In this document: positions 9,428 through 20,200 of the stretch, piece after piece
Position numbering within the stretch: position 1 is the first letter of the stretch
Layout of the letters: each line of letters begins with the position of its first letter
Virus record (IMG/VR): IMGVR_UViG_2811995239_000002
Coordinates: 25,265-89,264 of that record
Strand: one strand, 5' to 3'
Length of the DNA stretch: 64,000 nucleotides
From: a virus
Lineage: Duplodnaviria; Caudoviricetes
Notes under the pieces: generated by a model
Seen by the model: the letters and a program-made list of their open reading frames with translations, nothing else
Database searches by the model: none
What the model was told of the DNA's origin: nothing
Made by a program: the position numbers and the translations under genes

Positions 9428-10099
9428 ATGACTGCTTTGAGAGAGATTGGCGAAATAGGCATAAGTGACAGCCGTGAAGGCGGGAAAGATTACTTGTTAC
9501 GACCGTCTTTCGAGGCAATGACAAGGATCGGTGAGCCGCATGAAATTGTTGAGATATACGCTGATATCCATGGTCGCGAGGCGGAAAAATTAATCTCTGT
9601 CTGTGCAGATGCTTTTGGCGGTTTGCCTGACTGGATGGGGCCAGCGATGCGCAGGGTTTCAGATCGTCTGCTAGCAAAAGCCATGGATGTTTTACAGGCG
9701 TGCTCAGACGAAGATTTAACGCCGATTGTTGGCCAATGGGATGAGGTTGAAGGAAAGCTTTCTTATTCGCCCGGTCTCATGCCTCAGTCAGATATTGTCA
9801 TCTTTGCTCAGCATCTTTTACAGCATGGCGTAACAGGGAAAGCCAGGACGCGAAAACTCCAGCGCCATGAATCATCAGGCGGTACTACAGAATTTAACGC
9901 CATTGAATACATCAACGCAGCAAGGATCCACTTCAGTATAAGCCTGGATGAAGCGCGTTGTTTGACCATGACTGAATTTCAGGCGTTGCTGTCAGAGAAA
10001 TATCCAGACCAAAAAGGGCTAACAAAAGAAGAATACAGCGCAGTTGCTGATGATTTTCTGGCTAAGCAGGCGGCAAGAAGGGCCGCAGCGAAGAAATAA
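9428..10099 (+). CDS. Tail assembly chaperone (DUF6246-like)
   Basis: LRPSFEAMTRIG and LTMTEF motifs; between tail tube and tape measure. Confidence 0.7.
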   Translation: MTALREIGEIGISDSREGGKDYLLRPSFEAMTRIGEPHEIVEIYADIHGREAEKLISVCADAFGGLPDWMGPAMRRVSDRLLAKAMDVLQACSDEDLTPIVGQWDEVEGKLSYSPGLMPQSDIVIFAQHLLQHGVTGKARTRKLQRHESSGGTTEFNAIEYINAARIHFSISLDEARCLTMTEFQALLSEKYPDQKGLTKEEYSAVADDFLAKQAARRAAAKK

Positions 10100-10140
10100 C
10101 TCCCGGCTATTGCGTGGGATAATCCACAGGAGAAAGATCA

Positions 10141-12480
10141 ATGGCTGGTGAGGAACAAGTAGGCAATATCGTCTATCAGGTGCAGATGGATGTTGCGAAT
10201 CTGATTGAGGCCCAGCGCAAAGTAAATGAGCGCCTTGAGAAGATGAGTGGCGGAGCGTCAAAAGCGGCCAGTAAGTTTGACCAACTCCAGACCAGCATAA
10301 ACAAAGTCGCCGGGGCCATAGCTGCATCGATAGTGGTTGACTGGGGGCGTGCATTCCTCGTTGCTGCTGACAACATGAGCCAGCTCAACGCTCGTATAGA
10401 GAGACTTACTGGTAGCGCAGCGACAGCCTCGCAAACTATGCAGAATCTGATGCGCATCAGTTCAGCAACGGGTGGTTCGCTACAGGATACAGCGAAGCTG
10501 TGGGAGACTCTCAGCACGGCGTTACGCGATACCGGCGCGACAAACGGCCAGATCATCCAGCTCACCGAAACACTTCAGAAAATAGGTCGCATTGGCGGAT
10601 CCTCGGCAGAAGAAATGGCGAATGCTCTTCGTCAGTTCGGTCAATCAATTTCCTCCGGCACTGTCCGGGCCGAGGAGTTCAACTCCATTCTTGAACAGAT
10701 GCCTGAACTGGCGCGCCAGATTGCTGCCGGAATGGGCGTTAGCATTGGCGAATTACGACAGAGGATGCTGGAAGGTAAGTTGACTGCTGAAGATGCCTTA
10801 AATGCTATACAGAAGCAGACATCCTCTGTAAACGCAGAGTTCGACAAACTTCCACGGACGCTTTCGCAGGCCAATACTGCTTTCACTAACTCAGTGTTGA
10901 GCATGGTTGATTCAATTAACCAGGCGACAGGTGCAAGTACCGGGCTTGTTGCGGTTATTGATTCCGTCACTGCTGCGTTGGATCGTTTGATCGGAAAGTC
11001 TGCATCCGCTGCATCACAAATTTCAGACCTTACCAGCACAGCAGAAATGTTTGAACGCCGGGCCCGCACATGGGGATGGCTTGGTCTTGATGGATGGGAG
11101 GCGCAGAGTAAGGCGCTGTCCGGACTGAGCAACAGGGCAGCAATGCTGGTTAGCGATCTGGATGCTGTTACAAAAGCATCAGAGCAGGCCGCTAATACCA
11201 AACCTATTGAGATAAAAGCAACCGGAACTGGAAATAAGCCAAAAGGTGGTAAATCTCAGGCTCAAAAAGATGCCGAACAATACGCCAGGTCGCAGGAAGA
11301 GATAACTCAGAAGCTAGAGGCAATGCGACAGAAAGCTGACTTGTCAGCAACAAGTGTTGGCGAATTGTCCCGCGCTCAGGCTGTGCTTAATGCCCAGCAA
11401 TCGCTGGGTAAATCTGCGACTGAGCAGCAAATTGCTCTTGCAGGTGAATACGCCGCTAAAGCCTGGGATAACGCGAATGCACTTCGTGAACAGGCTAAAG
11501 CGGAAAAGGAAAGAGCCGAAGCCAGCAACAAATTCAATGCAATTCAGGGGCGCACCAGCAAAACAGCAGGTCTCGATAGTCAGTACCAGCAGGACATGGC
11601 AGACCTTAACCAATACGCTTTGCTTTACCCTCAGAAAATTGCAGAAGCTGAAGCGGCACGGGCAGCCATCGAACTGCAATATCGACAGCAGCGTTCTGCT
11701 GCGATGTTTGAAGAGTGGACACAACTTAACCTCGCTACGCAAATGGCTGGCGCTGCTTTTACGTCGTTTGGCAATAATGCCAGCAATGCGTTTACCGGCA
11801 TTCTTGCTGGCAGCATGACTGCGCAGGAAGCTATTAATTCCCTTGTCAGCAATGCGTTGAACAGTGCAATCAATGCGGTTGTGCAGTGGGGGATAGACTG
11901 GGCCAAATCTGCTCTTATGGGGCAGACGGCTACTGTTGCAGCGGTATCAGCTTCGACTGCTGCGCAGACAGCGGGGCTTGCCACTACGACATCAGCCAGT
12001 ACTGCGTCCGCCGCAACAACAACAGCGGCCTGGACTCCGGCTGCTCTCGTCGCATCTATCGGGTCTTTCGGTGGTGCGGTCGCGATTGGTCTCGGTGCTC
12101 TGGTTGCTGCGCTGGCGGTTGGCAAAGGCCTGGCGGGGAAACGTAAGAACGGTGGGCCAGTATCTGCTGGCTCGATGTACCAGGTAGGCGAGGGTGGCAT
12201 GCCTGAAATCTACCGGGCCAGCACCGGCAAGCAGTACATGATCCCCGGTGATAACGGGAAAGTCATCAGCAATAAGGATATGACGTCAGGAGGTGGTTCC
12301 GGCGGCGTTGTGGTTAATGTAAATAACTACACGTCAGCAGATGTGCAGACGCAAAGCAGAAACGAAAACGGAACTCAGTATGTTGATGTGTTCATTCAGG
12401 ATATGGAAACAGGCGGGCCGATGTCTTCTGCAATGCAAAGTACATTTGGCTTATCGCGACAGGCAAACGGAGATCTGTAA
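10141..12480 (+). CDS. Tape measure protein
   Basis: 779 aa Ala-rich helical protein, EEFNSILEQMP and GGPV...YQVGEGG.PE motifs. Confidence 0.9.
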   Translation: MAGEEQVGNIVYQVQMDVANLIEAQRKVNERLEKMSGGASKAASKFDQLQTSINKVAGAIAASIVVDWGRAFLVAADNMSQLNARIERLTGSAATASQTMQNLMRISSATGGSLQDTAKLWETLSTALRDTGATNGQIIQLTETLQKIGRIGGSSAEEMANALRQFGQSISSGTVRAEEFNSILEQMPELARQIAAGMGVSIGELRQRMLEGKLTAEDALNAIQKQTSSVNAEFDKLPRTLSQANTAFTNSVLSMVDSINQATGASTGLVAVIDSVTAALDRLIGKSASAASQISDLTSTAEMFERRARTWGWLGLDGWEAQSKALSGLSNRAAMLVSDLDAVTKASEQAANTKPIEIKATGTGNKPKGGKSQAQKDAEQYARSQEEITQKLEAMRQKADLSATSVGELSRAQAVLNAQQSLGKSATEQQIALAGEYAAKAWDNANALREQAKAEKERAEASNKFNAIQGRTSKTAGLDSQYQQDMADLNQYALLYPQKIAEAEAARAAIELQYRQQRSAAMFEEWTQLNLATQMAGAAFTSFGNNASNAFTGILAGSMTAQEAINSLVSNALNSAINAVVQWGIDWAKSALMGQTATVAAVSASTAAQTAGLATTTSASTASAATTTAAWTPAALVASIGSFGGAVAIGLGALVAALAVGKGLAGKRKNGGPVSAGSMYQVGEGGMPEIYRASTGKQYMIPGDNGKVISNKDMTSGGGSGGVVVNVNNYTSADVQTQSRNENGTQYVDVFIQDMETGGPMSSAMQSTFGLSRQANGDL

Positions 12481-12962
12481 TGGCTGATGTTAAATACCCT
12501 CCGTTTCTTCCCCTTCCGCAGCGCGCGAACATGAACATGACGCAGGATACCAGCTTCCGGCAAAGTAATCCGGCTGTTGGTCCTGCTGTGTTCACGCCTG
12601 TCACTACTGACCTGAAAACGACATGGAGTCTTAACTGGATTTTCACTCTTGCAGAAGCAGAGCGATTCAAGTCCTGGCTGCGATCGCCAAACTACTGCAA
12701 TCGTGGTCAGGAATGGTTTGATATTCCGGTTGATTTGGGTGACACGCAGGGCGTGCAGGTTCAGGAAGTTCACTTCATAACTATGCCGGTACAGACCAGT
12801 AAAAACGGAAATACCGTTACCTGGTCTGCCGACATTATCTGCAATGAAATGTCCGATATCACGGAAGATTACGATGACTGGATCGTCAATGCTCAGCCGG
12901 GAATGGGCTGGTGGTACGACTTACTTGTGACGGAGATTCTGCCAGATGCCAACGTTACGTGA
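12480..12962 (+). CDS. Distal tail protein
   Basis: YP..LPLP start; follows the tape measure gene. Confidence 0.65.
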   Translation: MADVKYPPFLPLPQRANMNMTQDTSFRQSNPAVGPAVFTPVTTDLKTTWSLNWIFTLAEAERFKSWLRSPNYCNRGQEWFDIPVDLGDTQGVQVQEVHFITMPVQTSKNGNTVTWSADIICNEMSDITEDYDDWIVNAQPGMGWWYDLLVTEILPDANVT

Positions 12963-13416
12963 ATGGAAGGAGAGGCGCCCGGCGTCTGACCTTAAGCAGA
13001 CAGTGACGTTCAGTCATTCTGCTTTTGGCACCGATCGGCTGGTGAATAATCTCTTTCAGTCAGCTCAGTTTGGTGGAAATTCATATCAGCCAACCCGCTT
13101 TGCGTTCACAGAACCTGCTCAGGATGGCACGACGACGCTTAACGCTACAATCACCTTCGCTGCTTTGTCTCAGGATATCAAGTCTCGACTTAAGTCATGG
13201 CGTGGAGCGGCAAGAATGGAACCGATACTGTTCCGGTATGATATCTGGGACAATATTGGCGACATGACTCCTCTAAAAACGTACTCAATGTACGTTCGTG
13301 ACGTCGCCGCTGCGGCTGAAAACGTCTCTGTTACTGTCGGCATGACAAATCCGTTAAGTGTTGCCACGCCGATTATCTACACCGTTCAGGATTACCCAGG
13401 GCTGAGCAATATCTGA
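12946..13416 (+). CDS. Tail tip protein (DUF1833-like)
   Basis: FSHSAF motif, YT..DYPGL end, synteny. Confidence 0.65.
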   Translation: MPTLREWKERRPASDLKQTVTFSHSAFGTDRLVNNLFQSAQFGGNSYQPTRFAFTEPAQDGTTTLNATITFAALSQDIKSRLKSWRGAARMEPILFRYDIWDNIGDMTPLKTYSMYVRDVAAAAENVSVTVGMTNPLSVATPIIYTVQDYPGLSNI

Positions 13417-13808
13417 TGAATGCAACCGATTTTATTCTGAAGGTTAACCGCCTGCCGTGGATTGACCGCGCCTGTAGTTTCGATGCGGTGGATTGTTGGG
13501 GGCTGGTGGTTCTCTACTATCGCCATGTTCTCGGTGTTGAGATACATCAGACGCCGGACTACGAAGCCGGTAAAGACTTCATTACCTGCTATGAAGGTGA
13601 TCGTGTGTTCTGGCATCCGGGATTGCGTGCTTCAGGAAATATCGCTGTTTTCTACCGTGGTGATAATCCCGATCACATTGGCATAGTCATTGACGGTAAT
13701 CGTTGCCTGCACTCTCGTGGTATGGGCGAAGGAGTACGCATCGACCCGCTACCGGTACTTGAAAGGGTATTCACCAGAACGGAGTTTCTTCAGTATGGCG
13801 ACATTTGA
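13416..13808 (+). CDS. NlpC/P60 tail tip peptidase
   Basis: DCWGLV, HIGI and LHS motifs. Confidence 0.85.
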   Translation: MNATDFILKVNRLPWIDRACSFDAVDCWGLVVLYYRHVLGVEIHQTPDYEAGKDFITCYEGDRVFWHPGLRASGNIAVFYRGDNPDHIGIVIDGNRCLHSRGMGEGVRIDPLPVLERVFTRTEFLQYGDI

Positions 13809-16302
13809 AATTCAGCGTCTGCCTGGTGCGCCTAAGCAGCGCGGCCGCCTTGAGCCAGGTCAACGCATGATCGACTGGCTTGATAGTCAGAAATTGCACA
13901 GCAATGTGATTGTTAAGCTGAACGGAAAGGAGCTGAATGACGAATTTGATATCGGATACCGGTTTAAAGTCGACGATCACCTGTCTGTGTTCGATCAGCC
14001 CCAAAACATGGGCGGACTGAAAGATATCATTAAATTGTCTGCACCGTGGGAGGCACTTAACCCGATCCGCCTGACCAAGAAAGGTATGGCGGCGTTGCAG
14101 AAATTCCTGGTTGGTGATGTTAAAAAATCACCGTCAGTTGCAACGGGTGAGTCACCAAATAACGATTTAACCGGTCAGACGAACGTCGCTCGCCTGTACA
14201 AAGGGCGCCCGAATATTTACGGCCAGGTTCGCGCATATCCTGACCTGATTCAGGAGTCACTGTTCGAGTACATCGATAACAAGAAATATGTCACCGAGTT
14301 CATGGAAATTGGGTATGGGCGTTATGATATATCATCCGTCCGCTACTCAGAATCGTCGCTTATTGCAATGGCCGGAGCCAGTTACCAGATTTATCAGCCA
14401 GGTGAGGTAATTGGCACGATTAACGAGGGATATGCTTTCGATGATGTTGACGGTCAGGAACTTGACGGGCCGGATAAAGCGACCGGTGAAATAGTTCAGC
14501 AGGCAACGACAAACAGCATTGTTGAAGGTATTTATGCCGGCGGCCAGATCTCTGTCAGATTAGTAAAAAACAACGATTTTGATTATTTTTTCGATGCAGT
14601 TAAGCCACTTGATGTGACGTTTATTCTTAACGTAACGTACAACACCGCATCGGGAGCAGTCACAAAAAACATTACTGTAAATGGCACGCTCATCAGTGCA
14701 ACGCTCACAGACGACGGCGCGATTATAGATCCGGTGCAATGGTACACATTTGTCTTTAATGACCTTACCGGCGCAGACATCAATGAAACGCCAGCCACAG
14801 CGACGATTAACACCACATACTTTCAGATAACGCAGTACGAAAGCCTTGCCGTAGGCCCGTTCTTTGCGGCTGTAGAGTCAACCTATCTCTGGATCCATAT
14901 GTCCGCAAACCAGGCGAACGGGAAAAAGGGACCTGTGTTGCTCACATGGTGGAAAGTCGATGACGATAACAACATCATCCCCGGCACGCAGCAGTCAATG
15001 CAAGTGAATGTTAATAACAACACCGGGTACTACGACTATGTGTATTACACATACAAAATTCAGCCAACAGCAGGAAAAGGACGGTATGCGTTTACTGCAA
15101 GGCGACTGAATAATGCCGCCAACGATAACACCGTTTATCTGCTTGCGGCCCATTCGATAAATATCAGACAGAACGTTGTTTATCCGGCTGACACGCTCGT
15201 TAAGCTAACAGTAATGGAGACGGAAAACGCCTCCGGCATCAAAGAGCGCAAATACAACCTGCTGGCCCAGCGCCGGGTCATTTCATACAACCGCACCACA
15301 GGTGAAGTGGATTACACACTGCGCGCGTCACGGTCGTTCGCTGATGCTGTTTTGCATGAGTGGGTGATGGTTGCTAAGCAGGACGTTAACCGGCTTGACC
15401 TGCCGACGCTGTACGCAATTGCAGACAGCCTTGATGACGAGCGGTTAGGGTATTTCGATTACACCTTCTCTGATGCGAAACAGTCCCTCGGTGAGCGCAT
15501 TCAGACAATCTGCAACGCTGCCCGTGTGGACATCAACTGGATAGGAGACATGCTGACGTTCTGGCGAGACGAGAAAGTGGATGTTCCGGCGGCGGTATTT
15601 GGGCGTAGTAATATGTTCTGGGATGAGTTCAGAATGGGGTACTCAATGAGTCTCCCGAATGGATATGATGGAATAACCCTGGACTACACAGACCCGCGCA
15701 CAAACAAGAAGGCCTACATCTACCTCTCTGTTTCAACTGATGGGATAAGTGAAGTTCCGGCATCAACAGAGAACGCGATGACGATAAGCCTGGCCGGATG
15801 CCGCAATGAGTTGCAGGCGCTCAACCGGGCGTATCTGGAAGCAAATCGTCTTGTACATTCACGCCTGAGTATGACTGTGAAAGTTTTCGAAACCACACAG
15901 GTTGTGCGCGGCGCCGTGATCCAGTGCCCTGATATGTACGACAACGAACAGCAGACAGGATATCTGAAGGGAAGAGACGGAAATGTTTTCCTCACATCTG
16001 AGCGACTGTCATTCCCCGGAGATATGTGGGTGGTTATGACGGACAGTCTGGGGAATTATCAGGGACGTTACCGGGCTTATCCTGTCGACGGAAATCCTAA
16101 AGCATTCTCGGCAGCGGCCGAGGCGTTCGACCTGAATATCTATGACGGGAGAACCGTGCAGACCCCATCGCGCTACTTTCTGGCAAGCAGCGAAGAGCTT
16201 AATTCAACGCTCTGGCGGGTGGAGTCGTCGAAACCCAATGGCGATGACACCCAAACTCTTTCTGTCGTTGAGTACGGCGACAGTATTTATCTGAACGACT
16301 AA
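13795..16302 (+). CDS. Tail tip/central hub protein (TipJ-like)
   Basis: RPNIYGQVRAYPDL motif, size and position; start at ATG 13795. Confidence 0.8.
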   Translation: MATFEIQRLPGAPKQRGRLEPGQRMIDWLDSQKLHSNVIVKLNGKELNDEFDIGYRFKVDDHLSVFDQPQNMGGLKDIIKLSAPWEALNPIRLTKKGMAALQKFLVGDVKKSPSVATGESPNNDLTGQTNVARLYKGRPNIYGQVRAYPDLIQESLFEYIDNKKYVTEFMEIGYGRYDISSVRYSESSLIAMAGASYQIYQPGEVIGTINEGYAFDDVDGQELDGPDKATGEIVQQATTNSIVEGIYAGGQISVRLVKNNDFDYFFDAVKPLDVTFILNVTYNTASGAVTKNITVNGTLISATLTDDGAIIDPVQWYTFVFNDLTGADINETPATATINTTYFQITQYESLAVGPFFAAVESTYLWIHMSANQANGKKGPVLLTWWKVDDDNNIIPGTQQSMQVNVNNNTGYYDYVYYTYKIQPTAGKGRYAFTARRLNNAANDNTVYLLAAHSINIRQNVVYPADTLVKLTVMETENASGIKERKYNLLAQRRVISYNRTTGEVDYTLRASRSFADAVLHEWVMVAKQDVNRLDLPTLYAIADSLDDERLGYFDYTFSDAKQSLGERIQTICNAARVDINWIGDMLTFWRDEKVDVPAAVFGRSNMFWDEFRMGYSMSLPNGYDGITLDYTDPRTNKKAYIYLSVSTDGISEVPASTENAMTISLAGCRNELQALNRAYLEANRLVHSRLSMTVKVFETTQVVRGAVIQCPDMYDNEQQTGYLKGRDGNVFLTSERLSFPGDMWVVMTDSLGNYQGRYRAYPVDGNPKAFSAAAEAFDLNIYDGRTVQTPSRYFLASSEELNSTLWRVESSKPNGDDTQTLSVVEYGDSIYLND

Positions 16303-16366
16303 CCAGTATTTAACAATCCTGCTTCGGGTATATCCCGTGGCACCCTTGCGCCTGTAAGAGAGAAAT

Positions 16367-18625
16367 ATGGCTAATTCATATCAGAATATCCCTGTTCCTA
16401 CCCCAACACAGAACCCCGTACCGAGTGCAGACATCCGCGACCATGTGTTTGCCGGTTCTAAACTTGATGAGTTCGTGACATCAATGGGGTGGACATACAC
16501 AGATCGGTTTGGTGGTAAACACTACACAATTGAGGGGCTGCGGTGGCTGGCACAGCAAGCCATCTCACAGTACGGCTATATAACACTGGATTCGTTTGAA
16601 ACTGGTAACACCATTACGCTTCCCAATCAAGTGCTTCGACTTGAAACAACTGGTGAATATTACCGTTGGGACGGGGCTCTACCGAAAGAAGTACCTGCTG
16701 GCTCAACTCCAGAATCAACGGGGGGAGTAGGGACCGGTGCGTGGATAGGCGTTGGTGATGCAGCACTTCGTGGCCAATTAGCATCTTCTGAAGGTGCTTC
16801 TATTGTTAGGGCTTCAGATGGCCGCACGGTTGAGCAGTGGCTTGTCGCGTCTGATTCAGCTTCGTATCGTGCCAAGAATATAGCCAAATTGGCATGGGTG
16901 GATTACCAGGTCCATAACCGTGGTGATATTGGGGTTTGCTTCCTGGGTGACTCTATCACGGCCGGCTATGACCAGACATCTTCTGATGTAATTCCACCGC
17001 AGGATGGTGATTGGGCAACCAGGGCAACAATGAACTATCCATATCGGTTTGCAGATTTTCTAAAAGAAAAATCAGGATGTGGTGTAAGTCCTTTTGTTAT
17101 GCGGGCAATTTCCGGGTACACCGCTAAAAATGCATACGAAAAGCCAGAGTGGGAATCAAACCCTAACTGTGATGTTGTGATTATCAATTACGGCATTAAC
17201 GACTCCGGTAGCGCTGGAACTGGCATAGAAGATTATATGTCATATATGGAAAAGTTAATTCGCCGATATATCGACTTTGGCGCTGCGGTTATTATCTGCA
17301 CTCCTTATTGTGGGTTGAATGGAGCCTGGAGCCCAACGTGGTTGCAGTGGGGTCGACGCATGCGGATGATGGCTACTATCTACGGTTGCCCTTGCTTTGA
17401 TTCCTTCGAAACCAACCTGCATAGATATGGTGGGGCGGTTCAATCTGATCAACATCATATGAATTCGATGGGATACTCCATCATGGGGGAAAAGATCGCT
17501 TCTATGATGATGGCTGGAGGTCTTCTGGATTCATACAAACCATTAGTCAATGAGTATACTGTTTGGCCGGGGATGTTCTGTGATTCAGTTGGGTGGTGTG
17601 ACGCATTTGGGAATATATCAACTGGAATGGTTGATGGCGCTTATGTGCGACATAAAATTTCAGGGGCTATGCCAGAAGGGCAGAAGTCATTAGTATCCTT
17701 TAGTTTTTATCTGGATGCTGAAGCAGCACATATATATTCAAAGTTAACTGGAGTCATCGCAACAAACTATACAAACGGTACGGAATGGAATAATAACGCG
17801 CAGCCGTATTATATCCATTCGTCAGACCAGACCATGTCATATGGCATGGAAATTGAACGTTCCCCTAAGTCGGCAGTAGACTATAGAGGAGCGCCCGGTA
17901 CAAACAAATTTATTGGTCGTGTAATTGGTCGAGGATGGCATACTATCTCTTTCTCAAAGGGGATTGATGACCCTATTGCGTATATTCAGTCCTTAACAAT
18001 TCAGCCTATACCGGTTGGATTGTCTACCGAACAGATGTGGGGGCAGGCAGAAGAACGCAGATACAAAGTTGTGCAATGTAAGAAAATTCCATCGCCTTCC
18101 GGTCAGAATGGCTCCTTACCTTCAGCAGTTGCATTGAACAATTTTTACATGAAAGCTCCACAGTCTATTCTGGGGACTGGCAGTAACTTCTATAATCTGC
18201 CAGTGCCGAATCACTACAACTCATCCCATGCCAAATTGATAATTACCAATGCGGCTGGAATGTATATTGAAGCGCTGGTTGTAAAAACAACAAACAGTGG
18301 CGGCATGCTTAACGTACGCATACTGAACTCAACACTTGATAGTGGAGACACCCCCGGCATAACTTGCCAATTTGCAACATCAAAACGCAATATTGTCTAC
18401 GGCGCTGGGGCTGTTGACGATAATCAACCGTGGGTCGCAATTGATGACTACAACGGCGGCATGCAGTTACAAAACATTAACTCGTCAGATATGGCTTGGG
18501 TTGGTGGGGTTTACCTCGCATTCAACCTAACATGGCCTGGAACAGCCCCAACTGGTTACTGGAATATTGAACTTTGTGGATCGGACTGGTTCGGTAATTC
18601 AGAGTCGGCATTTGGCGCGTACTAG
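16367..18625 (+). CDS. Tailspike with SGNH/GDSL esterase domain
   Basis: Tailspike N-terminus ([25 protein letters not shown]) plus SGNH blocks GDSIT, G, GIND, DQHH. Confidence 0.85.
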   Translation: MANSYQNIPVPTPTQNPVPSADIRDHVFAGSKLDEFVTSMGWTYTDRFGGKHYTIEGLRWLAQQAISQYGYITLDSFETGNTITLPNQVLRLETTGEYYRWDGALPKEVPAGSTPESTGGVGTGAWIGVGDAALRGQLASSEGASIVRASDGRTVEQWLVASDSASYRAKNIAKLAWVDYQVHNRGDIGVCFLGDSITAGYDQTSSDVIPPQDGDWATRATMNYPYRFADFLKEKSGCGVSPFVMRAISGYTAKNAYEKPEWESNPNCDVVIINYGINDSGSAGTGIEDYMSYMEKLIRRYIDFGAAVIICTPYCGLNGAWSPTWLQWGRRMRMMATIYGCPCFDSFETNLHRYGGAVQSDQHHMNSMGYSIMGEKIASMMMAGGLLDSYKPLVNEYTVWPGMFCDSVGWCDAFGNISTGMVDGAYVRHKISGAMPEGQKSLVSFSFYLDAEAAHIYSKLTGVIATNYTNGTEWNNNAQPYYIHSSDQTMSYGMEIERSPKSAVDYRGAPGTNKFIGRVIGRGWHTISFSKGIDDPIAYIQSLTIQPIPVGLSTEQMWGQAEERRYKVVQCKKIPSPSGQNGSLPSAVALNNFYMKAPQSILGTGSNFYNLPVPNHYNSSHAKLIITNAAGMYIEALVVKTTNSGGMLNVRILNSTLDSGDTPGITCQFATSKRNIVYGAGAVDDNQPWVAIDDYNGGMQLQNINSSDMAWVGGVYLAFNLTWPGTAPTGYWNIELCGSDWFGNSESAFGAY

Positions 18626-18636
18626 TGTAAAACTAT

Positions 18637-18670
18637 TGCACCCAAGCATACTTTTAATGTCTGGGTGCAA
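18637..18670. terminator. Hairpin between convergent tailspike and acyltransferase genes
   Basis: TTGCACCCA...TGGGTGCAA inverted repeat. Confidence 0.5.
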
Positions 18671-18674
18671 TTTA

Positions 18675-19802
18675 CTAGTTGGCTGTAAGTTTCCTTGCGA
18701 GTTTTATTGTAGGTTTCTCGATGTATTTATAAGTTATGAAAGATATCAACAAGCATATAAAAACAAACAAAGTCAAACCGCCAAATCCATGCATTTTATC
18801 CCATAAGTCTGGGTAATGCTTTTGTATCACTCTAATAACGATCCAGTGAACCAAATAAAGAGAATAAGATATATCACCTAAAAATGATAAAGGTTTAATT
18901 TCTTTTTTTATTACGTCCTCTGAAATTAGCGCAGCAATAACAAGTATAACTGAGGGCCAAAGCATTCCTGTTACACCCTGCCTTATCCACCCATGAAAGA
19001 ACATTAAGTAAACAAAAGACGACAGTAACACCAAGGAAACACATGCTTTAATTTTTGTGTTTGTATTTTTAAGTGCGTGTCTATACTTCATAAATAAGAA
19101 TGCAATAAATATCCCGAATGCGAATTCCCAAAACATAGTATTTGATAGTATTTTAAGAGGTGATTCAGACACCGATGTAAGTATGAACTCAGCCTTTGCA
19201 TTTGAAATAATTAAGAAAGACCCGTTAAAGTAGTACTGTATTATAATAGGGAGTAAAATAAGACAAATCCCGGAAAGCAACCCTCTGAATGTATGCGATA
19301 TGCAGCCGCAAACACAGAATATTAAGTAAAAATATATTTCATATGTCAGCGTCCATGCTGGTCCAACAAAATTATACTTATAAGTAGGCGCATTAGCATT
19401 ATAATCGATATGGAAAAGAAAATAAGACTTTACCATATCAATAACTCTAGGGTTGTTATAGTAAAAAACAAAGACAGCAATCCACGCAAATGTGAATACG
19501 GGGTAGATCCTTAGGAATCTTTTTATTATAAATGTTTTTACGTTTAGTTCTTTTTTATTATGCGTTATGTAGTATATAATAAATCCGCTCATTATAAAGA
19601 ATATATCAACACCAATAAATCCATTTACTACAAACTTATTCCACGCATTTCCCATTAGGTCTTTAGAGTGATAAAGAACAACAAACAGCGCTGCAAACCC
19701 TCTCAAATACTGAATTGAGTAAATTTTATCAGAAATTGTTTTATCTCTAAATACATAAGTATCATTAGAATAGACAGCATTCTGGTTATTAAATATTGAC
19801 AT
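18675..19802 (-). CDS. Acyltransferase-3 family membrane O-acyltransferase (Oac/OafA-like) moron
   Basis: LRGFAALFVVLYH, GVDIFFIMSG, RFLRIYP, WTLTYEIYFY, GDISYSLYLVH motifs; many TM segments; very AT-rich. Confidence 0.9.
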   Translation of the reverse strand: MSIFNNQNAVYSNDTYVFRDKTISDKIYSIQYLRGFAALFVVLYHSKDLMGNAWNKFVVNGFIGVDIFFIMSGFIIYYITHNKKELNVKTFIIKRFLRIYPVFTFAWIAVFVFYYNNPRVIDMVKSYFLFHIDYNANAPTYKYNFVGPAWTLTYEIYFYLIFCVCGCISHTFRGLLSGICLILLPIIIQYYFNGSFLIISNAKAEFILTSVSESPLKILSNTMFWEFAFGIFIAFLFMKYRHALKNTNTKIKACVSLVLLSSFVYLMFFHGWIRQGVTGMLWPSVILVIAALISEDVIKKEIKPLSFLGDISYSLYLVHWIVIRVIQKHYPDLWDKMHGFGGLTLFVFICLLISFITYKYIEKPTIKLARKLTAN

Positions 19803-20040
19803 TTTAAGCCTTTTATTTTGCTTATAATACTTTAGACATCAAACTCTACCATAGTTGCACTTTCTACAACAGCAATCAAAGTATATCTATATAGGGCGCG
19901 GCCTGTTTACCTGTAAGATATAGTCAGGATTCTGACCGCCGCACCTCCTATCCTCACGCCGCTACTCGTTTTTCTCGCAGGGAGTTCGGCATGGGAGGTG
20001 ACGTGTAATTTTTGTTCAGTAATGCCAGAGTATGGCGGAG

Positions 20041-20137
20041 ACTGTGATTTAAGTTGCCGCATCAGAGCGTATGCAAGACACTTATGCGGCCAGCTGGCGA
20101 TCGTTCGATAGTGCGAATATAGAATGGTTGGCAACTG
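20041..20137 (+). repeat. Conserved two-hairpin element, copy 1 (candidate ncRNA)
   Basis: 83/90 nt identical to 63635-63724; two stem-loops with GNRA loops. Confidence 0.85.
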
Positions 20138-20200
20138 CTGCGACGATACAACGACGCATGGGCTGGTGAGTTTGATGATTGTCCGGCGATGTATGTGGCA

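Noticed and set aside
10176-12200. Long antisense ORFs within the tape measure gene and other structural genes
   Set aside because: Expected from codon bias of the sense gene; no RBS or motifs
19907-20134. 75-aa minus-strand ORF
   Set aside because: No RBS or recognisable motif; overlaps the conserved structured element, whose second copy lacks this ORF context
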